DNA of 32,242 nt, from assembly GCA_046758405.1 (NCBI GenBank), contig JBHIAD010000003.1, forward strand, positions 1 through 32,242, written 5' to 3'. How positions within the stretch are numbered: position 1 is the stretch's first letter; each line of letters begins with the position of its first letter. The translations under genes and the position numbers were made by a program. Positions 19,543 to 28,013 of the stretch are shown here, piece by piece. The notes beneath the pieces were generated by a model. The model made no database searches. It had not been told where the DNA came from and saw only the letters and a program-made list of their open reading frames with translations. This stretch comes from Candidatus Methylomirabilales bacterium (GTDB lineage: Bacteria; Methylomirabilota; Methylomirabilia; Methylomirabilales; CSP1-5).

Positions 19543-22500
19543 TCTTCGCCTACCCCTTAGGGTTGCTCCTCTTCCTCGGGGTGCCTCTGGTGATTCTCTT
19601 GCACACGGTCTTTCGCCGTCGCCGCCCCGCGATCGTGCCGAGTCTGCTCCTGTGGCGGTTTCCGGCGACCCCGCGCCAGACAGAGAGCTTCTTTCGACGG
19701 ATCCGGTTCGATCTTGTGCTGCTCCTCCGGATCCTCTTCATCAGTCTCCTCAGCCTCGCGCTGGCCCAACCGGAGTTGCACTTCACGCGCGCCGGGGCGC
19801 GCCACGTTGTCCTCATCGTCGACACGTCGGCCAGTATGCAAGCAACCGATCTCTACCCGAATCGGTTCGCGCGGGCGCAGAGCGAGGCCCTGGCCCTTCT
19901 GGACGAGTTGAGCGCTGCCCGCCGGGTGCTCGTCCTGGAGGCGGCCGCGCGGACGCGCGTGGTGGCACCGGTGACGGTTGACCGGGCAGAGGCTCGCCGG
20001 CGTCTCGCCGGCCTTAAGCCGCAAGACGGGACCACGGAGATCGGCGAAGCCCTGGAGCTGGCAGCGGCTCTCGGTCGTCCGGGGGAACCGGTGGAGATCC
20101 ACCTCTTCACGGACGGGGCCTTTCGGTCCCTGCCCACGCTCCCCGAGGGGCAGGCGCACCTCACGGTTCACCAGGTCGGGGAGCGGAGCCGGAACGTGGG
20201 CATTACGGCGTTGCGGGTCCGACGGGACCATTATGCCCCCGATCGGTATGAGGCATTCCTCTCGCTTCACAATGCGGCCGAGGAGCCCATGGTCTTCCCC
20301 CTCGACCTGCGGCTGGACGGGGTTTCATTTCACCGCGAGCAGGTCAGCCTGCCACCAATGACCCGGCGCTCACTCTTGATCCCCTTCACGCGCCGAGAGG
20401 GCGGGCTCGTCGAGGTGGAGGTCGCCGTGGCGGATGACCTGACCGTAGATAACCGGGCGGCCTTCGTCATCCCACCGCCGCAACCCCAGCGGGTCCTCCT
20501 GGTGACCCCGGGCAACGTCTTTCTCGAGCAGGCGCTTCGAGCCGATCGTCAGGTGGTCCTGACCGTGGCGAGTCCCGAGGAGTTTCCGCAGGCCGCAGCC
20601 GGGCATGACGTGGTGGTGCTAGACCGATATGCGCCGGCAGCGCTCCCTCCGGGTCGGTACCTCCTCCTCCGGTCGGTTCCCGGCAACCTGCCGGTCGAAG
20701 TGCTGGGGGAGGTGCCGCGCCCCACGGTGGTGGATTGGGATCGGTCGCACCCCGCCATGCGGTACGTGAATCTGTCCGAGGTGGCGATCAGGCAAGCCCT
20801 CAAGGTCCGCCCCCTCACGGGCAGCGTCACCCTCGTGGAGTCGCCGCTGACCCCGCTTGTCCTGGCCTTCAACGAGGGAGGGACCCGGGCGATCTTCCTC
20901 GGCTTCGATCCGCTGCAGTCCGATCTGCCACTCCGGACTGCGTTCCCCCTGTTGATCTCGAATGCGGTCCACTGGCTCCATCCAATCCAGATGGAGGATC
21001 TGGACTTGCAGGGGCAGGCCGGCATGCCGGTGCCGGTCCGGGCCGACCCGAGTCTGCAGGAACTCCAACTCGAGCCCCCTGCGGGGGGGGTACGGCGACT
21101 CCCACTCCGCACAGGGGTGGCGTACCTCAGTGATACGCGGACCAGTGGTGTGTACCGCCTCAGCGGGAGGGACTTCAGCCGGCAGATTGCGATCAATCTG
21201 CTGGACGATGAAGAGAGCGATCTCCGACCTCGCCTGGTACTCCCGCCGGCCCCATCCGGGCCCCCGGCGGGGAGTTACCGCGACCGACAGGAGCTGTGGT
21301 ACGCCCTCCTCTTCTTGGCCCTGGTGGTCCTCATCATCGAGGCGATCTTGGTCTGGCGCCGTCGAGCGATCGGCTGGTTCCCCCTGGCGATCCGAGGGGG
21401 CGCAGCCCTGCTCCTGATCGTAGCCCTGACGGCCCCGAAGGTGGAGCGCCCCACCGAGCGCCTGAATGTTCTCTTCCTCCTGGATACCTCCGATAGCCTC
21501 CCCTTCGAAGAAAAGCTCCGGGCGCGAGAGTTCGTCCGGACGGCCCTCACCTTCCGCGACCGGGAGGACTGGGCCGGGCTGGTGACCTTCGCCGCCCGTC
21601 CCGAAGTGGTGAGCCTCCCGGGGACCGAGTTCGACACCACCACCGCGCCGGCCCGGGGGCCTGCTCCACGGGCGACGGACATTGGGGCGGCGCTCCGGAT
21701 GGGCCTCGCCCTGCTCCCCGAGGGCGGACGGAGCCGAATGATTCTCCTCTCCGATGGCAACGACAGTGCCGGGCAGCTTGCGGATGAAGTCCTGGCGGTT
21801 GCCCAGCGGGGGGTGGAGATTTACAGTGTGCCTGTCGGGTCCTGGCGGGGGGGCGAGGTCCTGGTGGAGCGGGTTGCCCTGCCGCAAGAGGTGAAGGAGG
21901 GAGAGCCCTTCGTGCTCCGCCTCACCCTCTGGAGCGCCGAGGAGACCGAGGCCAGATTCACCATCCACAGGAACGGAGAGTTCCTCGGAGCCCAGAAGGT
22001 TCACCTGTCGCCAGGGAAGAACGTCTTTGCCTACCGGCAAACGCTCCGACAGGCAGGGTTCCACACCTATCAGGTTGCCGTCGAAGGGCGAGAGGATGTG
22101 CTGGAGGAGAATAACCGAGCGCTGGGAGTGGTCGCAGTCCGGGGGCGGCCCCGGGTCCTCCTGGTGGAGAGGGATCAGGCGCAGGCTGAGCATCTGGCCC
22201 GGGCGCTCCGGACGCAACAGGTGCAGGTCGAAGTGCGAGGGCCTGGCGGGATCCCGAGAGACCTCCCGGATCTCCAGCGCTTTGACACGGTGATCCTCTC
22301 AAATGTCTCCTCCCTCCGGATGACACGGCGGCAGATGGAGATGGTCCGCTCCTACGTCCGCGACGCCGGCGGCGGGCTGATCATGCTCGGGGGGGATGAG
22401 AGCTTCGGCGTCGGCGGCTATTACCACACCCCGGTGGAGGAGGCGTTGCCGGTCACCATGGAGGCGCGGCAGCGCCTCGAAGTCCCCTCCCTGGCCGTCG

Positions 22501-23915
22501 TCTTGGTGATCGATCGGTCGGGGAGCATGGACACCAGGGTCGGTCAGTTCACCAAGCTTGACCTCGCCAAGGAGGCCGCCCAGCTTGTGGTAGAGCTCTT
22601 GGATCGGCGGAGCGAGATCGGGGTCCTTGCCTTCGATACGACCCCCGGGTGGGTGGTGGAGCCCAAGCCGGTTCGGGATCGCGAACGTATTCTCGGTGAG
22701 ATTTCGACGGTTCGGCCGGGGGGTGGGACCGACATGTTTCCCGCCCTGAAGGAGGCGTATCAGAGCCTGTACCAGCGGGACGCCCTCCTCAAGCACATCA
22801 TCGTCTTGAGCGACGGTCAGTCTGCCGCCGGCGACTTCACGGGATTGATTCGCCGGATTGCCAGGGACCGGATCACCGTTTCCACTGTTGCCATCGGGCG
22901 GGACGCAGACGCGCGGCTTCTGCGGGACATCAGTCGCTGGGGGCGGGGGCGCTTCTATTTCACGGAAGATCCCGCCAACCTCCCTCGCATCTTTACCCTT
23001 GAGGCCCAATTGGCGAGCAAGTCGGCGGTGGTGGAAGAGCCCTTCCGGGCCGTCCCCATCCAACCGGGGCACGAGATCCTCCGGGGGATCGACTGGCCTG
23101 AAGCGCCGCCGTTGGGCGGCTACGTCGCGACCACCTCGAAGGCGACGGCTGAAGTCCTTCTGGTATCGCCGCAGGGTGACCCCCTCCTTGCCGTGTGGCG
23201 CTACGGACTCGGGCGGGCCGGGGCCTTCACCTCAGACGCCAAGGCGCGGTGGGGGGTCCTCTGGCTCAAGTGGTCAGGGTTCTCCCCTTTCTTCGCGCAG
23301 TTGACCCGGTGGACCCTTCGGACTGCCGAGCCCCAAGAGGCCGTGGCGGAGATCAGGCGTCATCGCAATCGGGGGATCGTGGGCGTGGAGACCATAACCC
23401 CGACCGGCCAGTTCGTGAACTTCCTTGAGGCTCGGGCGGGGGTGGTGACGCCGGAAAAGCTCCGGCGGGTTGTGGAGCTCACCCAGGTCGCCCCCGGCCG
23501 CTACGAGGGGAGTTTTCCGATCACTGAGGAGGGAGCCTACCTCGTTGGCATTGCGCGCCGACGCGGTGAGACGATGATCGGCTCGGAGCTTGCGAGCCTG
23601 GTGGTGCCTTACCCCAGCGAGCACCGCAGCCTCGGCGTGAATATGCGGATGCTGACCGAGATGGGGGCGCTCAGCGGCGGAGGGGTGATCGGGAAGGCGG
23701 AGGAGGCCTTCCGGCTCGCCCGGCGTCCCTCAGTGAAACACCAGGATCTCTGGCCCTTGCTGGCCGTGACCAGCCTGGTCCTGGTCTTCTTGGCCATCCT
23801 TATTCAGAGCCTCGGGGCATGGGGCGATGGCCTGCGACGTCCGGCGGTCTCGGTCAAAGGGGGTGAAGCCCCGAGGGGCCTGTCCCGCCTCGTCCGGGGC
23901 CGGCGGATCCGGTAG
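19539..23915 (+). CDS. Giant BatA-domain / triple-vWA / GATase-like membrane protein (1458 aa)
   Basis: ATG at 19539 (ATGA overlap). BatA N-terminus (PLVILLH...PSLLLW...LLLLRIL...ALAQP). MIDAS motifs DTSAS (19821), DTSDS (21483), DRSGS (22512). GGGLIMLGGDESFG.GGY..TPVEEALPV GATase-like segment, internal TM pair and C-terminal TM. Confidence 0.9.
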   Translation: MIFAYPLGLLLFLGVPLVILLHTVFRRRRPAIVPSLLLWRFPATPRQTESFFRRIRFDLVLLLRILFISLLSLALAQPELHFTRAGARHVVLIVDTSASMQATDLYPNRFARAQSEALALLDELSAARRVLVLEAAARTRVVAPVTVDRAEARRRLAGLKPQDGTTEIGEALELAAALGRPGEPVEIHLFTDGAFRSLPTLPEGQAHLTVHQVGERSRNVGITALRVRRDHYAPDRYEAFLSLHNAAEEPMVFPLDLRLDGVSFHREQVSLPPMTRRSLLIPFTRREGGLVEVEVAVADDLTVDNRAAFVIPPPQPQRVLLVTPGNVFLEQALRADRQVVLTVASPEEFPQAAAGHDVVVLDRYAPAALPPGRYLLLRSVPGNLPVEVLGEVPRPTVVDWDRSHPAMRYVNLSEVAIRQALKVRPLTGSVTLVESPLTPLVLAFNEGGTRAIFLGFDPLQSDLPLRTAFPLLISNAVHWLHPIQMEDLDLQGQAGMPVPVRADPSLQELQLEPPAGGVRRLPLRTGVAYLSDTRTSGVYRLSGRDFSRQIAINLLDDEESDLRPRLVLPPAPSGPPAGSYRDRQELWYALLFLALVVLIIEAILVWRRRAIGWFPLAIRGGAALLLIVALTAPKVERPTERLNVLFLLDTSDSLPFEEKLRAREFVRTALTFRDREDWAGLVTFAARPEVVSLPGTEFDTTTAPARGPAPRATDIGAALRMGLALLPEGGRSRMILLSDGNDSAGQLADEVLAVAQRGVEIYSVPVGSWRGGEVLVERVALPQEVKEGEPFVLRLTLWSAEETEARFTIHRNGEFLGAQKVHLSPGKNVFAYRQTLRQAGFHTYQVAVEGREDVLEENNRALGVVAVRGRPRVLLVERDQAQAEHLARALRTQQVQVEVRGPGGIPRDLPDLQRFDTVILSNVSSLRMTRRQMEMVRSYVRDAGGGLIMLGGDESFGVGGYYHTPVEEALPVTMEARQRLEVPSLAVVLVIDRSGSMDTRVGQFTKLDLAKEAAQLVVELLDRRSEIGVLAFDTTPGWVVEPKPVRDRERILGEISTVRPGGGTDMFPALKEAYQSLYQRDALLKHIIVLSDGQSAAGDFTGLIRRIARDRITVSTVAIGRDADARLLRDISRWGRGRFYFTEDPANLPRIFTLEAQLASKSAVVEEPFRAVPIQPGHEILRGIDWPEAPPLGGYVATTSKATAEVLLVSPQGDPLLAVWRYGLGRAGAFTSDAKARWGVLWLKWSGFSPFFAQLTRWTLRTAEPQEAVAEIRRHRNRGIVGVETITPTGQFVNFLEARAGVVTPEKLRRVVELTQVAPGRYEGSFPITEEGAYLVGIARRRGETMIGSELASLVVPYPSEHRSLGVNMRMLTEMGALSGGGVIGKAEEAFRLARRPSVKHQDLWPLLAVTSLVLVFLAILIQSLGAWGDGLRRPAVSVKGGEAPRGLSRLVRGRRIR

Positions 23916-23940
23916 GGGGAGAGGATGGAAAGGTGAGCCG

Positions 23941-25287
23941 ATGCGGGGATGGAGCGCCATAGTCCTGGGGGGACTTCTGCTGGCAGGATCGAGCCAGTCC
24001 CTCGCCGCCGAGCGCCCGAAGCGGGTCAACGTTCTGATGGTCGTCGCTCCCGAGTCCGGGGCGCTGGGCGAGGGACTGGCGGACCTCCTGGGATGGTGTC
24101 TGACCCGTGCCGCCCGGATCCACCCAACCCGCCTTGAGATCCTAGGAAGGGCCAGCGAGGGTGCCCCTAGCCCTGGGCCGGCGGTGGCAGAGGAGGCCGA
24201 GGCACTGGCGAGGCGGCTGGACCAGGATGGGCTGTTGTGGATGCGTTTTGGCACGCGGGGGGAGAGGCTTGTGGCCATGGCGAGCGTGGTCGACCTCCGC
24301 AGGAGTCCGGCACGGCGAGGTCACTTTGGGCCCCGAGAGGTCCGATGGGACCAGGGAGCCCTCTTGCAGGAGGGGATCACCCAGCGCCTCCTGATGACGA
24401 TGAGCCTGACCCTGTTGGCGCCAGAGGAGCGGCGGCAGGCCCGCGCCTGTGGCCGTCCCCTGCCCGGACCGGCCGCCCTCACCGCGTTTGGCCAGGGACG
24501 CCTAGCAATGCTCCGGCAGGCACCACCCCAGATCGAGGAGGCGATCACCCACTACGAGCGGGCGGGCGAACTCGGGGTCGGTTTCGCCCTCAGCTTTTAC
24601 CGCCAGGGGGAGAGCTACGAGGCCCTCGGGAGCCGCTGGAAGGCTGCCGGGGCCTACCGACGGGCGATCGATGCGGATCCGGACTTCGCCGAGGCCTACA
24701 AGCGGTTGGGGGATCTGCTCGCCCTGAGTCCCCGACGTCTCTATGACCAGGCGGCCCAGGCCTACCGACGGGCGATTCAGGTGGATCCGGACTTCGCCGA
24801 GGCCTATCTCGCCCTGGCGACGGTCCGGGCCAATGAGGGCCGGGCGGAGGAGGCGATCACGGAGTACAAGCGCGGGCTCGAGGTGGACCCCTGGAATGCC
24901 CAGGGACATTACGGGCTCGCGCGGGTCTATTACACCGAGCGCGGGCTCTTCCATGAGGCCCTTGCCGAGTACCAGAGGGCCATCAGTCTCGACCCGGACT
25001 TCGCCGAGGCTTACCTGGCCCTGGGGGACATGCAGGAGGAACGGGGATTGTACCGGGATGCCATTCAGAGTTACCAGGCGGTGCTGCAGATCCGACCGAA
25101 ACACCCCGGGGCCCTCTTCGCCGTCGCCCGCGCCCACGAGAATGTTGATGTGGTCCTGGCGGTCGCACACTGGGAGCGGTACCTGGAGGTTGCCCAGGGG
25201 CTTCCCTCGGAGCGGGAGTGGATCGACATCGCCCGGAGCCATCTGGACAAACTGAGGCGGCTCGGGGATCCCCTCCCGGCCCGGTGA
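23941..25287 (+). CDS. Secreted tetratricopeptide repeat protein
   Basis: Signal peptide MRGWSAIVLGGLLLAGSSQSLA; about 6-7 TPRs (AYRRAI..DPDFAEAY..LG). Confidence 0.88.
   Translation: MRGWSAIVLGGLLLAGSSQSLAAERPKRVNVLMVVAPESGALGEGLADLLGWCLTRAARIHPTRLEILGRASEGAPSPGPAVAEEAEALARRLDQDGLLWMRFGTRGERLVAMASVVDLRRSPARRGHFGPREVRWDQGALLQEGITQRLLMTMSLTLLAPEERRQARACGRPLPGPAALTAFGQGRLAMLRQAPPQIEEAITHYERAGELGVGFALSFYRQGESYEALGSRWKAAGAYRRAIDADPDFAEAYKRLGDLLALSPRRLYDQAAQAYRRAIQVDPDFAEAYLALATVRANEGRAEEAITEYKRGLEVDPWNAQGHYGLARVYYTERGLFHEALAEYQRAISLDPDFAEAYLALGDMQEERGLYRDAIQSYQAVLQIRPKHPGALFAVARAHENVDVVLAVAHWERYLEVAQGLPSEREWIDIARSHLDKLRRLGDPLPAR
24651..25014 (+). repeat. Intragenic TPR-coding direct repeats
   Basis: 24651-24698 and 24759-24806 match at 44/48 nt (period 108 nt); third partial copy gacccggacttcgccgaggcttac at 24991-25014. 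Confidence 0.8.
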
Positions 25288-25306
25288 GCCGGAAGGAGCC
25301 AACGAC

Positions 25307-26314
25307 ATGGATGGGATCGGGGAGGAGCGGGCAGCGCGGTTTCGCGCCGCCTTTGAACGGACGCGCCAGGAGATCGGACGAGTCATCGTCGGTCAGCAGG
25401 AGGTCGTGCACCAGGTTCTCCTCTGTCTCTTCTGTGGAGGGCACGCCCTCCTCGAGGGGGTTCCTGGGCTCGGGAAGACTCTCTTGGTCAAGACCCTCAG
25501 CCGTTCCCTGGACGTCCCTTTTTCACGGATCCAGTTTACGCCGGATCTCATGCCGGCGGACATCATCGGCACTACAGTCGTGGTCGAGGACTCCCACGGG
25601 CGGAAGCACTTCCAGTTCCAGCAAGGGCCGCTCTTCGGGCAGATCGTCCTCGCCGATGAGGTGAACCGGGCGACCCCAAAGACGCAGGCGGCACTCTTGG
25701 AGGCGATGCAGGAGATGAGTGTCACGGTGGGGCGGACGCTCTATCCCCTCGCTCGCCCCTTTTTCGTCCTGGCGACCCAGAACCCGATCGAGATGGAAGG
25801 GACCTACCCGCTGCCCGAAGCGCAGCTGGACCGGTTTTTCTTCAAGATTCAGGTGAGCTACCCGACCCTCGCCGAGTTGACCGAGATCATCGAGCGGACC
25901 ACCACGCCGGAGGGGGAGGGAGTGCATCCGGTGATTACCGGATCGGAGGTCGAGGAGATGAAGGGATGGGTCCGCGAAGTCCCGGTCGCGAGCCACGTCA
26001 AAGAGTGTGCGGCACGCATCACCCTTGCTACGCATCCCGAGAACCCCACCGCCTCGGAGCTCACCAAGCGCTACGTTCGGTACGGCACCAGCCCGCGAGG
26101 GGCCCAGGCGCTGCTCCTGGCGGCCAAAGCAACGGCCCTCCTCAGGGGGCGGTTTAACGTCAGCCTGGAGGACATCCAGGCGGTGGCCCTGCCCGCCCTC
26201 CGACACCGGGTGATCCTGAGCTTCGAGGGAGAGGCGGAGGGGATCCCTCCCGAGCGCGTCGTGGAGGAGGCGGTGAGCAGAAGCATCGCCGCCGCACGGG
26301 CCCCTGTGGTGTGA
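25307..26314 (+). CDS. MoxR-family AAA+ ATPase (MoxR proper subfamily)
   Basis: EGVPGLGKT, RIQFTPDLMPADI, LADEVNRATPKTQAALLEAMQE, ATQNPIEMEGTYPLPEAQLDRF, SPRG, LRHR. Confidence 0.96.
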   Translation: MDGIGEERAARFRAAFERTRQEIGRVIVGQQEVVHQVLLCLFCGGHALLEGVPGLGKTLLVKTLSRSLDVPFSRIQFTPDLMPADIIGTTVVVEDSHGRKHFQFQQGPLFGQIVLADEVNRATPKTQAALLEAMQEMSVTVGRTLYPLARPFFVLATQNPIEMEGTYPLPEAQLDRFFFKIQVSYPTLAELTEIIERTTTPEGEGVHPVITGSEVEEMKGWVREVPVASHVKECAARITLATHPENPTASELTKRYVRYGTSPRGAQALLLAAKATALLRGRFNVSLEDIQAVALPALRHRVILSFEGEAEGIPPERVVEEAVSRSIAAARAPVV

Positions 26315-26317
26315 TGA

Positions 26318-26355
26318 GCCGAGTCTCGGGGTGGGATGCGAAGCGGGGACTCGGC
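26318..26355 (+). terminator. Possible stem-loop after the MoxR gene
   Basis: GCCGAGTCTC / GGGACTCGGC 10-bp stem (one G-U) with an 18-nt loop; weak U-tract. Confidence 0.3.
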
Positions 26356-26387
26356 CTATGTTCGTGCGCTCGTAGTCCTGAAGCCGC

Positions 26388-26417
26388 TTGACAGAAAACG
26401 AAGCCCCATGATAGGTT
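26388..26417 (+). promoter_or_regulatory. sigma70 promoter of the atp operon
   Basis: TTGACA-18nt-TAGGTT with TG extension, upstream of the GGGAGGA RBS. Confidence 0.55.
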
Positions 26418-26465
26418 ATGCCGTTTTTTCCGCGCCCCTCTGGTCCCCCCATCGGGAGGAACTAG

Positions 26466-26864
26466 GTGGGTGACCGGGCTTCCGCCTCGCTCCGTCGGGC
26501 GATCACGCGACTGGCGGTACCCCTGCTGCTTGGCGGGTTCGCCATCTGCTTTCTCCTTGGCGGCTGGGGCTGGGCCCTTGGTTACGGGGTGGGGGCAGGC
26601 GTGGGCCTGGTGAATCTGTGCCTGCTCGTGCGGGCCGTCGGTCGGGTCCGGACAACCCCACAGGCCGTTTCCATCGTGGCGGTTGTCCGGGGATCGCTGC
26701 TACGCCTCATGCTGGCGGCCTTGATCCTATTCACGGCGATAGCACTCCTGCAAGTCAATGTGGTGGCCCTCATCGTGGGGCTCCTGGTGGTCCAGGTCGC
26801 CACCGCGACCGTGGGCTACCGAGAGGGATTGGATGTGGACGAGGGGGATGCCGATGGGACATGA
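26466..26864 (+). CDS. atpI: ATP synthase subunit I-like membrane protein
   Basis: Four TMs, G..VG.GVGLVN..LL and LRL motifs; first gene of the atp operon. Confidence 0.75.
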   Translation: MGDRASASLRRAITRLAVPLLLGGFAICFLLGGWGWALGYGVGAGVGLVNLCLLVRAVGRVRTTPQAVSIVAVVRGSLLRLMLAALILFTAIALLQVNVVALIVGLLVVQVATATVGYREGLDVDEGDADGT

Positions 26865-27468
26865 CACGGGACACACCGGTCACTGGATGGGGCGGACCGG
26901 AGCGTGGCTTGGGGGGTTCTCCATCGTCGGGAGAACGAGTGGGGTCTGGGCTGCGGCCCAGGAAGCGGAACACCAGCCGGGGATCATTAACCTCGACTTC
27001 AGCTTAGTGCTCCAGGGGATCAACTTCCTCATCCTCCTGGCGATCCTCTATAAGTTTCTCTTCAAACCGCTCCAGTCCTTCATGGCAGGGCGCGCCCAGG
27101 GGATCAAGCAATCCCTGGAGCAGGCCGAAGAGGCCCGCAGGCAGGCAGCCCGGGCAATGGAGGAGTACCAGCGGCAACTGCAGGCAACGCGGCAGGAGAC
27201 GGCCCAGCTTCGGGAGCGGATGGAACGGGAGATCGCGGAGGAACGCCAGCGCCTCATGGCACGGTCGCAGGAGGAGTCTCAGAAGCTCGTGGCCCAGGCG
27301 AAGGCCGACATCGAGCAGCAGGTGAAACGGGCCAAGGCGGAGATCCAGGGCGAGGTGGTGAACCTGGCGCTGCTGGCCGCCGAGAAGCTGGTTTCCCAGA
27401 CCCTTCGAGAAGAGGACCATCGCCGGCTGGTGGAGCGATCCATCCAGGATCTCTCCGGGAGAAACTAG
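26854..27468 (+). CDS. atpF: F0F1 ATP synthase subunit b
   Basis: INLDFSLVLQGINFLILLAILYKFLFKPL...R...I...L..AE, long coiled coil, ALLAAEKL; start at 26854 or 26887. Confidence 0.93.
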   Translation: MGHDTGHTGHWMGRTGAWLGGFSIVGRTSGVWAAAQEAEHQPGIINLDFSLVLQGINFLILLAILYKFLFKPLQSFMAGRAQGIKQSLEQAEEARRQAARAMEEYQRQLQATRQETAQLRERMEREIAEERQRLMARSQEESQKLVAQAKADIEQQVKRAKAEIQGEVVNLALLAAEKLVSQTLREEDHRRLVERSIQDLSGRN

Positions 27469-28007
27469 TGCCACGGTTGCTGGCGAAACGATTGGGGCGA
27501 ATGCTGGCCGAGGTGGCGGCCGAGGCCGGGAGCCTCGAACGCACGGGAGAGGAGCTCGGACGGATCACCGAGGTCCTCCAGGTGGGTGGGGATGCCGCCG
27601 CCTTTTTGCAGAACCCCCGGATCCCCTTACAGGAGAAGACCACAGCCCTCGAGGTGATCGCCAGGCGGCAACGGTGGTCCGCGTTGATTCGGCGGTTCCT
27701 GCGGATGCTCCTGGAGCGGAGGCGAATCCGTCTGTTGTCTGAGGTGGTCGAGTTCTATCGGCAGGCGATGGACGAGAGGCTCGGCCGCGTGCGAGCGAGG
27801 GTGACCACGGCCACGGGCCTCAAGCCGCGGCAGGTGGCGGGCCTCCGGGCCAGCCTCGAAACGCGCCTTGAGCGGACGGTTCTGCTGGAGGAGGGGATTG
27901 ATCCGGCAATCCTGGGGGGGCTCGTCGTGCAGGTGGGGGGCACGATCTACGACGGAAGCATCCGGTCGCAGCTGAAGCGACTTCAGACCTATCTGACGAA
28001 GGAGTAA
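27468..28007 (+). CDS. atpH: ATP synthase delta subunit
   Basis: FLQNPRIP..EK, RVTTA, DPAILGGLVVQVGGTIYDGSIRSQL. Confidence 0.93.
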   Translation: MPRLLAKRLGRMLAEVAAEAGSLERTGEELGRITEVLQVGGDAAAFLQNPRIPLQEKTTALEVIARRQRWSALIRRFLRMLLERRRIRLLSEVVEFYRQAMDERLGRVRARVTTATGLKPRQVAGLRASLETRLERTVLLEEGIDPAILGGLVVQVGGTIYDGSIRSQLKRLQTYLTKE

Positions 28008-28013
28008 GGGGCC

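Noticed and set aside
15499-23940. Extended ORF-track starts for bactofilin (15499), mnmA (15732), the vWA protein (19431) and the TPR protein (23827)
   Set aside because: The extensions overlap upstream genes or promoters; downstream starts have an RBS, ATGA coupling or family-typical N-termini.
24651-25014. Direct repeats as a CRISPR array
   Set aside because: In-frame within a TPR gene with codon-multiple spacing; no cas genes.
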